A DNA stretch of 64,000 nt from assembly GCA_963849325.1 (NCBI GenBank), contig CAWKHF010000008.1, positions 160,001 through 224,000 on the forward strand, given 5' to 3'. A model generated the notes under the pieces. The model was given only the letters and a program-made list of their open reading frames with translations, was not told the origin of the DNA and did no database searches. This stretch comes from an uncultured Planctomycetota bacterium (lineage in GTDB: Bacteria > Planctomycetota > Planctomycetia > Gemmatales > Gemmataceae). Positions 26,374-35,871 of the stretch are shown in pieces; position 1 is the stretch's first letter, and every line of letters starts with the position of its first letter. The translations under genes were made by a program, and so were the position numbers.

Positions 26374-26413
26374 GAAAAAGAGAGGCCCCGATGAGATCGC
26401 ATCGGGGCCTCTT
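26374..26413 (-). terminator. Intrinsic terminator in the aroF leader
   Basis: Minus strand agaggccccgatg-cgatct-catcggggcctct followed by CTTTTT. Confidence 0.75.
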
Positions 26414-26803
26414 ACAATTGGCTGCACCCGACGGCAGCCCGTCGGCTGCGTCTAGTGCAGCCTCACCTGGTCGCTATTACACACTAAGATCACCTCCTTT
26501 TGCCAGGGTTTCCCCGCCGTCGGCGACAAACCAGCTCACCGACGCGCGGGCTTTAGCCCCTCGCACCACGTTCGTGCGATCCAACCTGGTTTATTGTAAT
26601 CGACCGGGCCAGCGGGTCAAGCGCGGGCGACGAGAAAAAGATACCGAGCCGCGACCGTCGGGGAGCGGAGCTTCCGCTCCCTGACGGTCGCGGCTCGGAT
26701 GAGGCCGCAATTTGCTCTGGCAGGCAGCGGGGCGAACGCGCACAATGACGGAGTGGCTGTCCGAAGCAGGAGCAGGATCCCCGATTTGAGGGGAGGATCA
26801 CTT

Positions 26804-27635
26804 ATGTGGGCGAGCTTGGCCTTGATGTCGGCCTTGAATTGGACCCCGGCCCAGGCCGGCCAACTGGAATTGAAGAACGTGCGCGTGACCTATGGCATCC
26901 TCGGCCAGGAGCGCAAGGACACCAACTATTTGCCCGGCGACATGGTCGTGCTGGCCTTCGACATTGAGGGTCTGAAGGTGGCCGCCGACGGCAAAGTGCA
27001 GTACAGCATGAGCATGGAGCTGATCGACAAGGCCGGCAAGTCGGTGTTCAAGAAGGATCCGCAGGAGATGTTGACGGTCAACACGCTGGGCGGCGGCCGA
27101 TTGCCGTCGTTCGCCCTGACCGAGATCGGCACCGACACGGCGCCGGGCACCTACACGATGAACGTGGTAGTCAACGACCTGGCGGCCAAGGACCGTCGGC
27201 GAAGAAGCAGCATAAGTTCGAGGTCAAGCCGAGGCAGTTCGGCATTGTCCGGCCCGGCTTCACCTACAACGACATGAATGAGCGGCAGGTCGGCCGGCCG
27301 CAGATCGCGCCGCCGGTGGCCGTGCCCGGTCAAAACCTGCTGCTCAACTTCGCCGTCGTCGGCTTCGAGCTGCAGCGGCGACAAGCAGGAGCCGAACGTC
27401 AAGGTGACGATGGAGATCAAGGACGAGACCGGCCAGGCCGTGCTGGACAAGCCGTTCACCGGCGTCGGCACGAACATCGACGAGGAGTTCAAGAAACTGC
27501 ACGTCATCCCGTTCCAGTTCCCCATGCAGATCAACCGCGGCGGCAAGTTCCGGATCGTGCTGACGGCCACCGACAAGCACACCAAGAAGACGGCTACCCA
27601 GAGCACTGGATTTCAAGGTAGTCGAGGTGAACTGA
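26804..27635 (+). CDS. Secreted hypothetical protein with two beta-rich repeats (frameshifted)
   Basis: GGAGG + ATG, signal peptide MWASLALMSALNWTPAQA. Confidence 0.65.
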
Positions 27636-27728
27636 GCCTTGTTTAGCCGCGACGCGCAGCGGAGCGCGTACTGTCTGCGCTCCGCTGCGCGTCGCGGCTA
27701 AACGGGTGGGACACGGAGATTCGCACCC

Positions 27729-28344
27729 ATGAGTCAGCTTCTGCAAGATCGCATCGCCCAGTTCCGCAAGATGGCCAACGACGATCCGGACAACGAGCTG
27801 GGCCACTACCGGCTCGGCCAACTGCTGATGGAAGCCCAGCAGCATCCGGAGGCCGATCCAGTCCTTTCGCCGCACCCTGGAGCTGAGTCCGCGCTTCTCC
27901 AAGGTGTATCACCTCCTGGCGCAGAGCCTGCTGGCGGACAACCGCCGCGACGAGGCGATCGCCGTGCTGCGGCAGGGTTTCGAGGTGGCCGACGAGCAGG
28001 GCGACAACATGCCGCGCGAGGCGATGGCGGCCATGTTGGTGGAGCTGGGCGAGCCGGCGCCGGTGTCCAAGAAGAAGGCCGCGACCGGCCCGGAAGGCGA
28101 GGGCGGCTTCCGCTGCCAGCGTCCCGGTTGCTGGGCCGGCAGCCGTGCCCGCCAGCTCGACAAGCCGCCCTTTAAGGACGAGATCGGCCAACGCATTCAC
28201 ACGTCCATCTGTGCCGATTGCTGGATGGACTGGGTGCGCAATTACAGCATCAAGGTCATCAACGAACTCCACCTCGACCTGAGCACGGAACGCGGCCAGG
28301 AAGAGTACGACCGCTACATGCGCGAGTTCTTCGGCCTGGAATGA
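27729..28344 (+). CDS. TPR repeat + Fe(II)-trafficking (YggX-like) fusion protein (indel near 27855)
   Basis: DPDNELGHYRLG TPR; C-terminal PPF..IGQRIH.SICADCW..W..KVINE..LDL. Confidence 0.75.
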
Positions 28345-28355
28345 GGTGGTGAGCG

Positions 28356-29011
28356 ATGCAGGCACAGGAATACCTGGTGCGTTTCGGACTCACCGGCGAG
28401 TTCGGTCGTTTCCGCGCCTCGGCCGTGCGAGATCCTGCGTCGAGGCGAGCGCGTCGTGGTGCGCGGTTCGCGCGGCGTCGAGATCGCCGAGGTGCTGCGC
28501 GAGGCCACGCCGCGACACGCCCAATTCCTTCCCAACACGTCGGTCGGTCAACTTCTCCGCCGGCCCACCCCCGAGGATGAGCAAGCCGAGAGCGCGATGT
28601 GCGGCGCGCGGCCAACAGCTCTTCGAGCGCGGCCGGCGTCTGTCCGCCGAGCTGGAGTTGCCGCTGGAACTGCTCGACGTCGAGGTGCTGCTGGACGGCG
28701 AACACGCCGTGTTGCACCACCTGCGCGGAGCGGACATCGACGTGCGGCCGTTCGTCAGTACGCTGTCGCGCGAGTTCGGGCTGCACATCCTCCTGGTCGA
28801 TTTGACCCGCCCGCAAGAAGCGGCGGACCACGAAGAGGAGTCGCACGGCTGCGGCCGGCCGGACTGCGGCCAGCAGGAGGGCGGCGGCTGCGGCACTTGC
28901 GGCAGCGGCGGCGGCTGTGGCACCTGTGGCCAGGCCGATCCGCGCGACGTGGAACGGCACTTCGCCCAGCTCCGCGAACAGATGGAACGCCGCCGAACCA
29001 CACTGCTGTAA
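28356..29011 (+). CDS. PSP1/RicT-like protein with Cys/Gly-rich tail (frameshifted)
   Basis: VVVRGSRGVEIAEV, GQLLRRPT, LLDVEVLLDGE, GCGRPDCG..CGTCG..CGTCG. Confidence 0.65.
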
Positions 29012-29017
29012 AAATCA

Positions 29018-29165
29018 TTTCACCACGGAAAACACGGAAAAAAGACAAAAGACAAAATTCAAGAGAGGACAGCGATGATTCGCTGGACTTGAGGGGATTG
29101 TTCGGACTGTCTTTCCCTTCTTTTTTGTCTTTTTTCCGTGTTTTCCGTGTTTTCCGTGGTGAAAA
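29018..29165. repeat. AT-richer long inverted repeat element (CCACGGA..CACGGA ends)
   Basis: tttcaccacggaaaacacggaaa..tttccgtgttttccgtggtgaaa; related element at 48893-49014. Confidence 0.8.
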
Positions 29166-29181
29166 GGTCTTTTCTTCGTGG

Positions 29182-30574
29182 TCAAGTGAGTTTCTTGAGT
29201 AGTACCAGCGAGCGGCGGCCGCTGCGTTCGTAGCGTTCGCGGCGATCCGGCGGCAGGTCGTCGGGCGTGCCGGGCGTGAAGCCGCCCTTCTGCTGGAAGT
29301 AGTTGAACGCCTGCGTGGACAGGCAGAACATCTGGACCAGACCGGCAGCGCGGGCCTGGTTCTCGGCGTACTGCATGAGCTTGGCGCCGATGCCCTGGTT
29401 CTCGTAGGGCGGATTGACGCACACGCATGCCAGCTCGGCCTGCTGCTGCTGCGGATACAGGTGCAGCGCCGCGCAGGCCACCGGGTTGCGATCGACCTCG
29501 AAGACGAAAAAGTCGTCGATGGAACGCTCGATCTCGGCGAGCGTGCGCCGCACCAGCTCGTCGTTTTCGATGCCGGCCTGGATGAGGGCGTGGATGGCGC
29601 GGACGTCGCGGCGAATGGCGCGGCGAATGGCCTGGTACTCGTTGGCGTGAATGAGCGTGCCGATGCCCTCGTTGGAGAAGACCTCGGCCAGCAGCCCTTC
29701 CTCGACGCGGCCATCAATGATGTGGACGCGCGGCACGCCGCCGCGCGCCGCGCGGACGGCGTGCTCCAGCTTGGAGACCTGCGTCGGCGGAATGTCGCCG
29801 CGCTGCTTCTTGAGGATTGCCTCCGCCTCCTCGACGGACAGTTGCCGTAACAACCGCGACGGCTCGTCTCCCCCCTCACCCCAACCCCTCTCCCCCGAAG
29901 CGGGGGAGAGGGGCTTATTGCTCCCCTCTCCCCCCTCCGGGGGGAGAGGGGTTGGGGGTGAGGGGGGAGGAGCCTGGATGCCCTCGAAAGTGGTCAGGTA
30001 AATCAGCTTGACCGCCTGTAGAGCGCGGGCGACCTCGACGGCGACGCTGTCGGAGTTGAGCCGATACGAGCAGCCTTCGCCGTCGCAGCCCAACGGCGGA
30101 ATGACCGGCACGATGTCCTGATCGAGCAGGGCGTGCAGCAGGGCGGTATCGACGCGCTCGACGCGGCCGGTGTGCTGGTGATCGACGCCTTGTAGGATGC
30201 CGGCGGGATGTGCCACCACGGCGTTGCCGCAGGCGCCGCGCAGGTCGTTGGCGGACAGTCCTTCGAGCATCTCATGCGTGACGCGGTTGGCGGCGGTCAG
30301 GGCCAGTTGCAGCGTGGCGTCGTCGGTGATGCCGGTGCCGTCGAGGTTGGAGGGCGTCTGTCCGGTCTGCTCGGCGAGGCGGCGGACCTGATGGCCGGCC
30401 CCATGCACCAGGGCCACGCCGATGCGTAGGCTGCGTAACAGAGCGATGTCGAGCAGCAGATTGCGGAAGTTGTCGTGCTCGACGATGGCGCCGTCCACGG
30501 CGATGACGAACACCTTGTCGCGGAAGCGCGGCACGATAGCGCAGGATCTCGCGCAGATCGGTCAAACGAAGCAT
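29182..30574 (-). CDS. argA: Amino-acid N-acetyltransferase (N-acetylglutamate synthase; indel near 30537)
   Basis: AAK domain (LVHGAG, LNSDSVA, RVHIIDG, EVFSNEGIGT) plus GNAT domain (ELACVCV..QGIG, LSTQ). Confidence 0.9.
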
Positions 30575-30697
30575 CCATCCTCCCGGCCGCTTGCGGCTTC
30601 GCGCCCACGCCCTAAAATGGGGACACTGTAGTGTACAGCCCGTCGTCTCCGACGGGGAGAGAAGCTCAGGGTCCGCAGCGTCCGCGAGGGATGAAAT

Positions 30698-31777
30698 ATG
30701 CCTGAAAACGTCGTCATTATCGGTTCGGGTCCGGCCGGCTGGACGGCGGCGATCTATGCCGCCCGCGCCAACCTGCAACCGCTCGTCTACGAGGGAGCGA
30801 TCATCGAGGAGAACCGCTTGCAGGGCACGCTGCCCCTGGGCCAGCTCAACCTGACCACCGAGGTCGAGAACTTTCCGACCTGGCCGTTCGTCGATGCATC
30901 CGTGATGGAGCAGTTCTCGCGTTCGGCCCTGCCCGCCGAGCAGTTCTCCATGCTGGAGGGCTACTACCACGGCAAGCACGCCTCGGGCAAGCGCTCGGCG
31001 TTCGGCCCAGAGATGATGGCCTACATGCGGCAGCAGGCGGTCAACTTCGGCACGCGCATCATCACCGACGACATCGTGAAGGTGGACTTTCGCCGCCGCC
31101 CCTTCGTGCTGACGGCGCACGAGGGGCAGACGGTCGAGACGCGGAGCGTGATCGTGGCCACCGGGGCGCGAGCGAATTATCTGGGGCTGCCCTCGGAGGA
31201 CAAGTACAAGAACAACGGCGTCTCGGCGTGTGCCGTGTGCGACGGAGCGCTGCCGCGCTTCCGCAATCGGCCGCTCGTCGTCGTCGGCGGCGGCGATTCG
31301 GCCGTCGAGGAGGGCACCTATCTGAGCAAGTTCGCCAGCACCGTGTACCTGGTGCATCGCCGCGATCAACTGCGGGCCAGCAAGATCATGCAGGCGCGGG
31401 CGCTGGAAAATCCGAAGATCACCATGAAGTGGAACCGCGCCCTCGATGAGGTGCTCGGCAATGACAAGGACGGCGTCACCGGGGTGCGTCTCAAGAGCAC
31501 GGTCGATAAGCAGACGGAGACGCTCGACGTCAGCGGCGTCTTCCTCGCCATCGGCCATACGCCGAACACGAAGTTTCTCGACGGGCAACTGAAACTCGAC
31601 GACAAGGGCTACATCGTGTGGACGAAGCCGCAGCGGACGAACACGAGCGTCGAGGGCGTCTTTGCTTCCGGCGATGTTGCGGATAGTTATTATCGTCAGG
31701 CCGTGACGGCGGCCGGCACCGGTTGCATGGCGGCACTCGATGCCGAACGCTGGTTGGCCGAACAGGGGCATTTGTAA
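30698..31777 (+). CDS. trxB: Thioredoxin-disulfide reductase
   Basis: [52 protein letters not shown]. Confidence 0.95.
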   Translation: MPENVVIIGSGPAGWTAAIYAARANLQPLVYEGAIIEENRLQGTLPLGQLNLTTEVENFPTWPFVDASVMEQFSRSALPAEQFSMLEGYYHGKHASGKRSAFGPEMMAYMRQQAVNFGTRIITDDIVKVDFRRRPFVLTAHEGQTVETRSVIVATGARANYLGLPSEDKYKNNGVSACAVCDGALPRFRNRPLVVVGGGDSAVEEGTYLSKFASTVYLVHRRDQLRASKIMQARALENPKITMKWNRALDEVLGNDKDGVTGVRLKSTVDKQTETLDVSGVFLAIGHTPNTKFLDGQLKLDDKGYIVWTKPQRTNTSVEGVFASGDVADSYYRQAVTAAGTGCMAALDAERWLAEQGHL

Positions 31778-31929
31778 TCATCCCTTATCCCGGCTTCCTC
31801 CGAGAAGACTCGTCCCTTTCCATCCGAACGCGGCCGGGCATGACTGGCCGCTATTGGTAGCGGAACTCGTCGGCGACTTCTTTAAGGGGCGGTGCCGCAG
31901 TGTTGGCACTGCCGCGCGACTGGCGGGGT

Positions 31930-33275
31930 CTACTCCGTCGAACCATGCCGACGCGAGGGCAGGAGCAGACGTACACCACCTTTGGGTCGCAGGGCCAAAA
32001 ATGGTTCCGGCTCAGGCTCAACCTGATCGGCGGCCAGATGGAGATGAAACCGTTGCAAGAGGGCGGCCGTCACCGCCCGCATCAGCATGAGGGCGAACGG
32101 GCCACCCATGCACAGGTGCGGGCCGACGCCGAAAGGGATGTAAGCTTGTGAGGGGATCTCCTTGAGCCGATCTGGGGCGAAGCGTTCGGGATCGAAGCAT
32201 TGGGGATTCACAAACCAGCGTGGATCGCGGTGCAGCGCGTAAGGGAAAATGAACAACCAACTCCCCGGCGCAAGCACATATCCGCCGAGTACGACCTCGG
32301 TGACAACTTCGCGGGGAAAAAGGGTCCAGGTCGGCGTATACAATCTTAACACTTCCTTGATCGTCATGTCCGTGTAACGTAGGTGCGGCAAATGAGCAGC
32401 GGTCACGGGCTGGCCGTTGGTCACGGCATCCACTTCCTCGGCGATGCGTGCCTGGATGAGGGGATGCCGGGCTAGCAAGTAGCCGAGCCAGGAGAGGGCA
32501 GCCGCTGTCGTTTCCAATCCGGCATGGAGCAAGGACAACATCTCATCGCATACTTGCCGGTCGCTCAGGCCGGCGGAGAGGAGGGCGGACCCGAGTCCGC
32601 CCTCCGTGGAGCGGATTGAACGGCGAGTGCGGACCAAGTTCCGGAAAAGGCCCACCAGGGAGTGCAGCTCCTTTCGATTGCGCCGCGGCATCAGCCCCGC
32701 AACCCAGTCCGGCCAGGGCAGCGGCCGACCCATCTCGCGGATGAGCACTTCCGAGAGGACGTTGATCGCCTGGCACACGACATGGGACTGTGCGGAGGAC
32801 AGTCCTTCCGCGAACAGCGTCCGCACGAGGACTTCCAGGACCAGGCGGCTCATCACCTCGGCGATGTTGATCACTTCACCGGCGCACGGGAGACCGATAA
32901 TTGCCGGACGCCTTCGACAGCGACAGGCACACAGCCTGCCAGGCGCTCGGGGTGGAAGGTGGGCTGGAGCAGTCGCCGATGCCGCAGCCAATCGGGCCCC
33001 TCGCGGGTGACCACGCCATCGCCATTCAGCTGGCGCAAGACGCGCATGACGCGCGGTAGTTTGCGGAAGCAGCCAACCTGCCGGACCAGAAGGTCATAAA
33101 TCAGGCCCGGATGATTGGCCGCGTAAGCCCGGAAGGGGCCGAGCCGAAAAGAGGCTAGATCACCGTAACCGCGCGTGAGTTCTATGGCGAAGCGCAGCGG
33201 GTCCGCACGCAAGCGTCCTGCCAGGCGGAGGCCTCCGAGGAGATCTCTCGGTCCCGGAGGGTAACGAGTTCTCAT
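31930..33275 (-). CDS. Cytochrome P450 (frameshift near 32890)
   Basis: PPGP N-terminus, AGLETT, EVLRLY, FDPERF, PFGVGPHLCMG heme motif. Confidence 0.9.
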
Positions 33276-33316
33276 GAAGACAGTCCTGGGGGTGAGATCC
33301 GAGGATGTTCGGGGGC

Positions 33317-34135
33317 TCACGGCACGCGCCGCAGCCTCACGCCGGCCCTTTGCATGATCGGGTCGAGGCGCCGGGCCAGTTCCGGCAGATGATGACTGGG
33401 TACAGCCGGATACAGGTGGTGCTCCAGATGGTACGTCAGTTCCAGGAACAACGCGGGGAGGAGACGGCCGCGCAGCGAGCTGGTCTGAGTCAATGGCGTG
33501 TCGCCGTAGTCGTGGTGGGGCAGATAGACCGTGAGTAGCGGATACACCCAGCTTCCGGTGATGGCCAGTACAGCGTAGACGAGGACGGCGGGTGTCCACG
33601 GCCACAGCACGATTCCGGCCACAGGGACGGCGATGGCCCAGCTGGCTTCGAGCAACAACCAGCGACGCTGGTCCGTCCGGCCGTGAGCGCGGCGATAGCT
33701 CCACCACCACAGGCGCGGCAGGAAGATGATGCCGTGCAGGACGGCGCCCCAGAGTCTCATCCGGGCCGGAATCCCCTCGGGGTCGTCGGGTCCGGGAAAC
33801 GCCTGATGATGGCGCAGGTGGCTGAGCCGATAAGCATGGCCGCTCTCCAACAGGACGGCACCGAAGACGAACAGCGCCCACTCGGTTTGTCGCGGGCCGA
33901 GGCCGAGCGAACCGTGGACCACGTCATGCGTCACCGTCACGACGGCGACGAAGATCAGGAAGACGAGCGGCGGCATTAGCCACCACCAGCCAAACCAGAG
34001 GGTGACGACGCAGATGGCCAAGCCAAGGAACGGGCGGGCGCAGACGATCCAGCGCTGACGACGGCTTGTCACCAGTAGATCGTGGCCCAGGCTGTTCAGG
34101 CGCGGCAGGGCTTCCTCAGCGGAGGGCTGGCTCAT
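33317..34135 (-). CDS. Membrane di-iron desaturase/ketolase-family protein
   Basis: Three His boxes HDVVH, HLRHH, HLEHH; TM segments. Confidence 0.8.
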   Translation of the reverse strand: MSQPSAEEALPRLNSLGHDLLVTSRRQRWIVCARPFLGLAICVVTLWFGWWWLMPPLVFLIFVAVVTVTHDVVHGSLGLGPRQTEWALFVFGAVLLESGHAYRLSHLRHHQAFPGPDDPEGIPARMRLWGAVLHGIIFLPRLWWWSYRRAHGRTDQRRWLLLEASWAIAVPVAGIVLWPWTPAVLVYAVLAITGSWVYPLLTVYLPHHDYGDTPLTQTSSLRGRLLPALFLELTYHLEHHLYPAVPSHHLPELARRLDPIMQRAGVRLRRVP

Positions 34136-35684
34136 GGCGGTCCTCCGGGACCGGGTTGGTGATCGGCCGAGTGATTTCGACGGGCGGGAGACCTGCTCTG
34201 CATCTATGAGCCAGCACGCGCTCGGCGATGAGGCGGCTGCTCAGCACACAGGCGACGGTGCCGAGTCCGGGCCAGGTCGTGTCGCCCGCGAGCCAGAAGC
34301 CGTGTACGCCGATGTCGTGCGGGATGGCGTGCTGGTTGCTGTTGCCGAGGTTCAGCCGCAGACCGCCGACGGCGCCGCCGAGGCGGTGCGTGAAGCGCTC
34401 GTACGTCCGCGGCGTCGCCGCTTCGCATACGACCGGGCGCCGCCCCAGGTTCGGATAGACATGCCGCGCCAGGGCGACAAGGCGTTCGCTCCTTTTCTCC
34501 TTCCGCTGTCGATATTCCTCCGGGCCGCATGCGCACCAGCCAGCCAACTCGCAGTGGGTTGAAATCATCACGGCCCGATAGCCGGGCGGCGCACTCTCGG
34601 TGTCACCCGGCGCGGACACGGAGATGAACATGTTGTTGCCGTCGCCCAGCGGGCGGTCGTAATCGTACAGCAACTGGTGATGCGTGAACGCCTGGCCGGC
34701 GACCTCATCCTCCGGCACGCCCAGGAAGACGATCAGGGCGCCGCCGCGTGCGCCGGCGTCGCGGCGGAGGTAGGGTTGCAGTGCCTCGGCCACTGGAGGC
34801 GGGGCGATGCGGGCGGTCAGGTCGGCGGGGAGGGCGCTGACGACCTGGCGGGCGCGGAAGTCGCCGCGTCGCGTGTGCAGACGAAAGCCGCCGCCCTCGT
34901 GGGTACTCAAGCGGTCGATCTGCCGCACGGCACAACCGACGCGCAGGACGCCGCCCAGGTGGCGGTAATGGGCCAGGAAACGCCGCCAGAAGCCGTACAT
35001 GCCGCCGCGAGCGCGGGTCAGACCGGCGCCGCGAATGGTGATGCCGAGGGCGCCGTTGACAAGCGGAGCATCGTCGATGGGGGCGTGAACCGTGTCCTCC
35101 AGAAGCATGCTCAGCAGTCCGACCAGCGGCCGATCGTCGCGCAGGCCGCAATGGCGCAGGGCGTCGCCCATCGTCCAGCGCAGGTAGCGGGCCAGCGGCA
35201 GGTGCGGCAAGCCCACGCAGCGAATCGCGCGGACGACATCGGAGGGGCCGCGGATCGGCAAGCGGACGCCGGCCCGACTGGCGCGCCAGAAGACGGTGGC
35301 CAGACGATCCATCCAGCGCCAGAAGCGGCGATGCGCGGGCGAACCTCCCAGCCGTCGCAGACGCTCGGCGTGCCAGGCCGAAGCCTCTCGATACAGCGTT
35401 ACCGTCCGATCCGGCAGCCAGGCGACGTAACCGGGCAGGGCTTCCCCGTCCATCGGTGACATGCCGATGTCAGCGAGCAGTTCGCCGCCGACGCCGCCCG
35501 GCTCGAAGTCCACCAGCGTCGTCGCGCCCACGTCGAAGGCGAAGCCGCGGCGACGGAAGAAGCCGGCACAGCCGCCCGGCTGACCGTGCGCCTCGAAGAC
35601 GATCGTCTTGCGTCCGCGCGCCTGCAAGCGCGCCGCGGTCGCCATGCCCGCGATACCGGCTCCGACGATGGCCACGTCGTACAT
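34116..35684 (-). CDS. CrtI/CrtD-family FAD-dependent desaturase
   Basis: VAIVGAGIAG, PGGCAGFFRR.GFAFDVGAT, ATPRTYERFT..GAVGG, GDTTWPGLGT. Confidence 0.8.
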   Translation of the reverse strand: MYDVAIVGAGIAGMATAARLQARGRKTIVFEAHGQPGGCAGFFRRRGFAFDVGATTLVDFEPGGVGGELLADIGMSPMDGEALPGYVAWLPDRTVTLYREASAWHAERLRRLGGSPAHRRFWRWMDRLATVFWRASRAGVRLPIRGPSDVVRAIRCVGLPHLPLARYLRWTMGDALRHCGLRDDRPLVGLLSMLLEDTVHAPIDDAPLVNGALGITIRGAGLTRARGGMYGFWRRFLAHYRHLGGVLRVGCAVRQIDRLSTHEGGGFRLHTRRGDFRARQVVSALPADLTARIAPPPVAEALQPYLRRDAGARGGALIVFLGVPEDEVAGQAFTHHQLLYDYDRPLGDGNNMFISVSAPGDTESAPPGYRAVMISTHCELAGWCACGPEEYRQRKEKRSERLVALARHVYPNLGRRPVVCEAATPRTYERFTHRLGGAVGGLRLNLGNSNQHAIPHDIGVHGFWLAGDTTWPGLGTVACVLSSRLIAERVLAHRCRAGLPPVEITRPITNPVPEDRHEPALR

Positions 35685-35871
35685 GACTGCTCTCCGCCTC
35701 GGAGTTCGTGGAGGATTGTTCCGGAGGACCAACCGCAGCGGCACAATGCGAATAACCGATTTTTTGGGAGTTCCTCGGTAGACGGAGATCGGCTTTTGAC
35801 ATGCACGCTCCGGGAGGGGATCGTATGATGAGGACAGCCGGGATCATGCAGGCATTCCAGGGAAGCAACTC

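Noticed and set aside
26488-26500. GATCACCTCCTTT as a 16S rRNA 3' end
   Set aside because: The flanks have no rRNA similarity. It is better read as a strong SD on the minus strand.
30870-31005. Extra segment of about 30 aa in TrxB as an intein or mobile insert
   Set aside because: Too short, with no splicing motifs or repeat similarity. Probably a lineage-specific loop.
35796-35829. TTGACA..TATGAT promoter for the ATPase
   Set aside because: The 22-nt spacer is too long for sigma70.
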